Assembly: GCA_964007735.1 (NCBI GenBank)
Contig: CAXGAI010000012.1
Span: 1 to 64,000, forward strand
Direction: 5' to 3'
Source of the DNA: an uncultured Rhodopirellula sp.
Lineage (GTDB): Bacteria > Planctomycetota > Planctomycetia > Pirellulales > Pirellulaceae
Length of the DNA: 64,000 bases
In this document: positions 60,771 to 64,000 of the stretch, one piece after another
How positions within the stretch are numbered: the stretch's first letter is position 1
How the letters are laid out: the number at the start of each line of letters is the position of its first letter
The notes under the pieces: generated by a model
Database searches by the model: none
What the model was told of the DNA's origin: nothing
Seen by the model: only the letters and a program-made list of their open reading frames with translations
Translations under genes and position numbers: made by a program

Positions 60771-60786
60771 TGTTTCACGTGGAACT
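60771..60786. promoter_or_regulatory. parS: parS site 1
   Basis: tgtttcacgtggaact versus consensus TGTTTCACGTGAAACA. Confidence 0.88.
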
Positions 60787-60927
60787 TTCACGAAGAGAAA
60801 TCGGAACACTATTAGAGTGCGAGTTTTTATTGCGATCGGTCGTGGTAACAAATCACTCGGTCTCATTTTGTTGCTTGTTGGGTTGGGGAATTCGACGACA
60901 GCCTAAAAGCCAGCTCTATTGGGAAAT

Positions 60928-60943
60928 TGTTTCACATGAAACC
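60928..60943. promoter_or_regulatory. parS: parS site 2
   Basis: tgtttcacatgaaacc, two mismatches to consensus. Confidence 0.78.
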
Positions 60944-61112
60944 TTTGCTCCGAACGGGTAAACACTCCAGGTAATTCACTCTTTTACATCATTCTCACCA
61001 CTTCCCCTTAGGGAACGCATCTCTACAATGAAGAGCAGATGGCCAGCACTGATTCTGGTGTCTTGGCCATAACTGAATTTGTGACAAGGATGCAACCGAG
61101 GAGTTCAAAATC

Positions 61113-62423
61113 GTGTCTCAGGTAGAACGAATACCCTATAAAGTTAAAGACCTTTCATTGGCAGCTTGGGGACGCCGCGAAATCATTTTGGCGGAAAATG
61201 AAATGCCAGGCTTGATGGCATTGCGTAGAAAGTACGGCGAATCCAAACCCTTGGCTGGTGCTCGTATTGCGGGCTGTCTGCATATGACGATTCAAACCGC
61301 TGTTTTGATTGAAACCCTGGTAGAGCTGGGAGCAGAGGTTACCTGGTCAAGTTGTAATATATTTTCTACTCAGGATCATGCAGCCGCTGCTATCGCAGAA
61401 GCTGGTATTCCCGTTTATGCGTGGAAGGGAATGACGGAAGAAGAATTCGATTGGTGCATCGAACAGACTTTGGTCTTTCCGGATGGCCAGCCCTTAAACC
61501 TGATTTTGGATGATGGAGGGGACCTGACAGCCATGGTCCATGATCGTTTCCCTGAATACCTGTCAGAAATTCGAGGCATCTCTGAAGAGACCACCACGGG
61601 TGTGCATCGCCTGTATCAAATGTTTGCTAATGGGCAACTGCAGGTTCCGTCAATCAACGTGAATGACTCGGTGACGAAAAGTAAGTTTGATAATCTGTAC
61701 GGTTGCCGCGAGTCACTGGTAGACGGTATTAAGCGCGCGACGGATGTTATGATTGCTGGTAAGACGGCAGTTGTTTGTGGCTATGGTGATGTCGGTAAAG
61801 GTAGTGCTCATTCACTGCAGCGATTTGGTGCCCGCGTGATCGTGACTGAGATCGATCCAATTAATGCGTTGCAAGCATGTATGGAAGGTTTCCAAGTGAT
61901 GACGATGGAAGAGGCTGCCCCGATTGGAAATATCTTTGTTACCACGACCGGTAACAAGGATGTCATTCGGGGAGAGCATCTGGAGGTAATGCCAAATGAT
62001 GCCATTGTTTGTAATATTGGTCACTTTGACACCGAAATTGATGTTGCCTGGTTGAATACCAATGAGTCGTTAGTCAAAGAAGAGATTAAGCCACAGGTAG
62101 ATCGCTACACCTTCGAGGATGGACATTCAGTCATCTTGCTGGCAGAGGGCCGTCTGGTGAACCTTGGTTGCGCTACCGGTCACCCCTCGTTTGTGATGTC
62201 CAACTCGTTCTGTAATCAAGTGATGGCCCAGATTGTGCTGTGGACAGAACCTGATAAGTATGAGATTGGCGTTCACTTTCTACCAAAGGAACTTGACGAG
62301 GAGGTTGCTCGTTTGCACTTAGACCAATTGGGGGCAAAGCTGACCGTGCTTACAGAGGAGCAGGCTAACTACATTGGCGTACCTGTTGGTGGGCCGTTTA
62401 AGCCGGATCACTATCGGTATTAA
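61113..62423 (+). CDS. ahcY: Adenosylhomocysteinase
   Basis: [53 protein letters not shown] end. Confidence 0.98.
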   Translation: MSQVERIPYKVKDLSLAAWGRREIILAENEMPGLMALRRKYGESKPLAGARIAGCLHMTIQTAVLIETLVELGAEVTWSSCNIFSTQDHAAAAIAEAGIPVYAWKGMTEEEFDWCIEQTLVFPDGQPLNLILDDGGDLTAMVHDRFPEYLSEIRGISEETTTGVHRLYQMFANGQLQVPSINVNDSVTKSKFDNLYGCRESLVDGIKRATDVMIAGKTAVVCGYGDVGKGSAHSLQRFGARVIVTEIDPINALQACMEGFQVMTMEEAAPIGNIFVTTTGNKDVIRGEHLEVMPNDAIVCNIGHFDTEIDVAWLNTNESLVKEEIKPQVDRYTFEDGHSVILLAEGRLVNLGCATGHPSFVMSNSFCNQVMAQIVLWTEPDKYEIGVHFLPKELDEEVARLHLDQLGAKLTVLTEEQANYIGVPVGGPFKPDHYRY

Positions 62424-62438
62424 TATGCGGCGGGACAA

Positions 62439-62454
62439 CGTTTCACGTGGAACG
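62439..62454. promoter_or_regulatory. parS: parS site 3
   Basis: cgtttcacgtggaacg. Confidence 0.88.
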
Positions 62455-62534
62455 TTGGGAGGCTGTATTTCTTGTGGCAATGGTCGAGGACAAAAAAGCG
62501 TTCTCGGCGACGCCTTCCGTTCTCGCAGATCAGC

Positions 62535-62550
62535 CGTTTCACGTGAAACA
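62535..62550. promoter_or_regulatory. parS: parS site 4
   Basis: cgtttcacgtgaaaca, one mismatch to consensus. Confidence 0.92.
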
Positions 62551-62602
62551 CCTGTATGTCGGCGTTGTAATTTTATTTCTTTTGAAGGAACCTGGTAGTA
62601 CG

Positions 62603-63922
62603 ATGGTTCAGATTGAAGCTTTCCAGGGTTTGCGTTATGACCTGGCACACGTTGGATCTTTAAGTGATGTGATCGCGCCACCCTATGATGTGATTGATCC
62701 TGAATTTCAAGACCAGCTATATGAAACCCATCCGGCAAATGTAATTCGTTTAATTCTCAATCGAGAAGAACCGGGCGATGAAGCCGGCGATGAAAAATAC
62801 GATCGCGCAGCTCGATATCTCAGGCAATGGCAACGTGAAGGTGTGTTGTCAACTGAATCTCACGCTGCAGTGTACGTCTATCATCAGGAATTTACTTATG
62901 CCGGTACGACATTTGTTCGTAAAGGGTTCATGTGCCGCATGCAATTAGAGAAGCTTGGTGAAGGTAACGTCTATCCCCATGAAGAAACTCACTCAGCAGC
63001 CAAGGTTGATCGTCTAAAACTATTTAATGCCACCAAGGCAAACCTGAGTCAGATCTTTGGGATCTATCCCGATGAAGGAAATCAGGCACAGTCTATTCTT
63101 GAAAGAGCAGTTGTTGGCAAGACACCGTTGGAAGCGACGGATCATTTGGGAGTTATGCACCGGCTATGGGTCGTGGATGATTTGCAGACGATCTCGGGCT
63201 TGCAATCGCAGATGTCTGACAAACCTATGTTCATCGCCGATGGGCATCATCGCTATGAGACAGCCTGCAATTATCAACAGCAGCTGCGCGAGTCTGGGGA
63301 ATTGACTGATGTGCATCCGGCAAACTCCGTCCTAACTATGTGTGTCAGTATGAATGATGAAGGCATGATTGTCCTTCCAACGCATCGCTTGTTCAAAGGG
63401 TTGCCCGCTTATGACTCGGGAACCTTGATTTCGAACATTCAAACCGATTTTGATACGGAGGTGATTGGTACTGGCTGCGAACTCGCAGGCAACGTTTGGG
63501 AACAGATTGAAATCGAGAATGCTCAGGATACCGTGGGACTTTACTGCCCCGTTGACGATACGTGGGTTCTTGCAAGGCTCAATACAAACGGTCTCGAAAA
63601 ACTTGCTAAAGTCGCGAGTGACCGTACCGATGACTGGCAAGGTTTAGGAGTATCCATACTGCATCGCTTGCTGGTCCAAACATGTCTCGGACACGACTCC
63701 TTGCCCAAGCCCAAATATGTGCACCTCGTTAGCGAGGTCGTTGATGGCCTTCAAGCCGGCAGAGATGATGACGGGGAATCATTCGGTTTAGCCGCTTTGG
63801 TGATGCCCGCCACTTTAGAGCACATTCGAACGATCAGTAAAAATGGCGAGCGGATGCCAGCCAAAAGTACCTACTTCTACCCAAAACTGTTGAGCGGTTT
63901 GGTCATTCATAGCCTGCAATAG
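62603..63922 (+). CDS. DUF1015 family protein
   Basis: Likely start MVQIEAFQGLRY after an aaggaa RBS-like site; APPYDVI, PHEET, IADGHHRYETA, RMPAKSTYFYPKLLSGL. Confidence 0.9.
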   Translation: MVQIEAFQGLRYDLAHVGSLSDVIAPPYDVIDPEFQDQLYETHPANVIRLILNREEPGDEAGDEKYDRAARYLRQWQREGVLSTESHAAVYVYHQEFTYAGTTFVRKGFMCRMQLEKLGEGNVYPHEETHSAAKVDRLKLFNATKANLSQIFGIYPDEGNQAQSILERAVVGKTPLEATDHLGVMHRLWVVDDLQTISGLQSQMSDKPMFIADGHHRYETACNYQQQLRESGELTDVHPANSVLTMCVSMNDEGMIVLPTHRLFKGLPAYDSGTLISNIQTDFDTEVIGTGCELAGNVWEQIEIENAQDTVGLYCPVDDTWVLARLNTNGLEKLAKVASDRTDDWQGLGVSILHRLLVQTCLGHDSLPKPKYVHLVSEVVDGLQAGRDDDGESFGLAALVMPATLEHIRTISKNGERMPAKSTYFYPKLLSGLVIHSLQ

Positions 63923-64000
63923 TTTTAGCGAGAAGTAGCGACTCAAGTATTCTCAGGTGAATCGAAGGTCAGTCGTGCCCGTTCGGAGAATCGCTGCACC

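Noticed and set aside
60680..61112. oriC in the parA-ahcY spacer
   Set aside because: No cluster of DnaA boxes (TTATCCACA) found by eye and no dnaA in the window; only parS sites are supported.
62447..62602. N-terminal extension of the DUF1015 ORF
   Set aside because: It runs through the parS sites; family similarity and an RBS-like site point to the ATG at 62603.

Overview
A gene-dense, mostly housekeeping chromosomal segment, inferred to be from a planctomycete (Pirellulaceae-like) because it carries a TIGR03009-like secreted protein, a PVC-type CxxCH heme protein and a multi-zinc-ribbon membrane protein. It is probably near the origin/centromere: parA-parB plus four parS palindromes bracket ahcY and precede a DUF1015 gene. 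Core blocks: nfeD-nfeD-floA; der-ubiA-dprE1-GT-C (a mycobacteria-like D-pentofuranosylation module lacking dprE2); rpsB-tsf-pyrH-frr; purA-uppS-cdsA-phoH-7TM/HD-ybeY-hlyC-recO-bamD-lptE-folP-proA-fliM-like; cstA; trxB-Nramp-like-asnS-carA; tRNA-Pro(UGG). The first ~560 nt are GC-rich, foreign-looking and chimeric (internal argG fragment). I saw no CRISPR array, rRNA, transposase or integrase. Best leads: the parS/ahcY/DUF1015 (ParB/Srx-like motif) arrangement, the arabinosyl/ribosyl-transfer operon, a candidate antisense-strand sRNA between asnS and carA, an orphan FliM-like protein lacking the CheY-binding peptide, and a NfeD with two apparently inactive ClpP-like domains. All calls come from motif recognition by eye; no searches were run.
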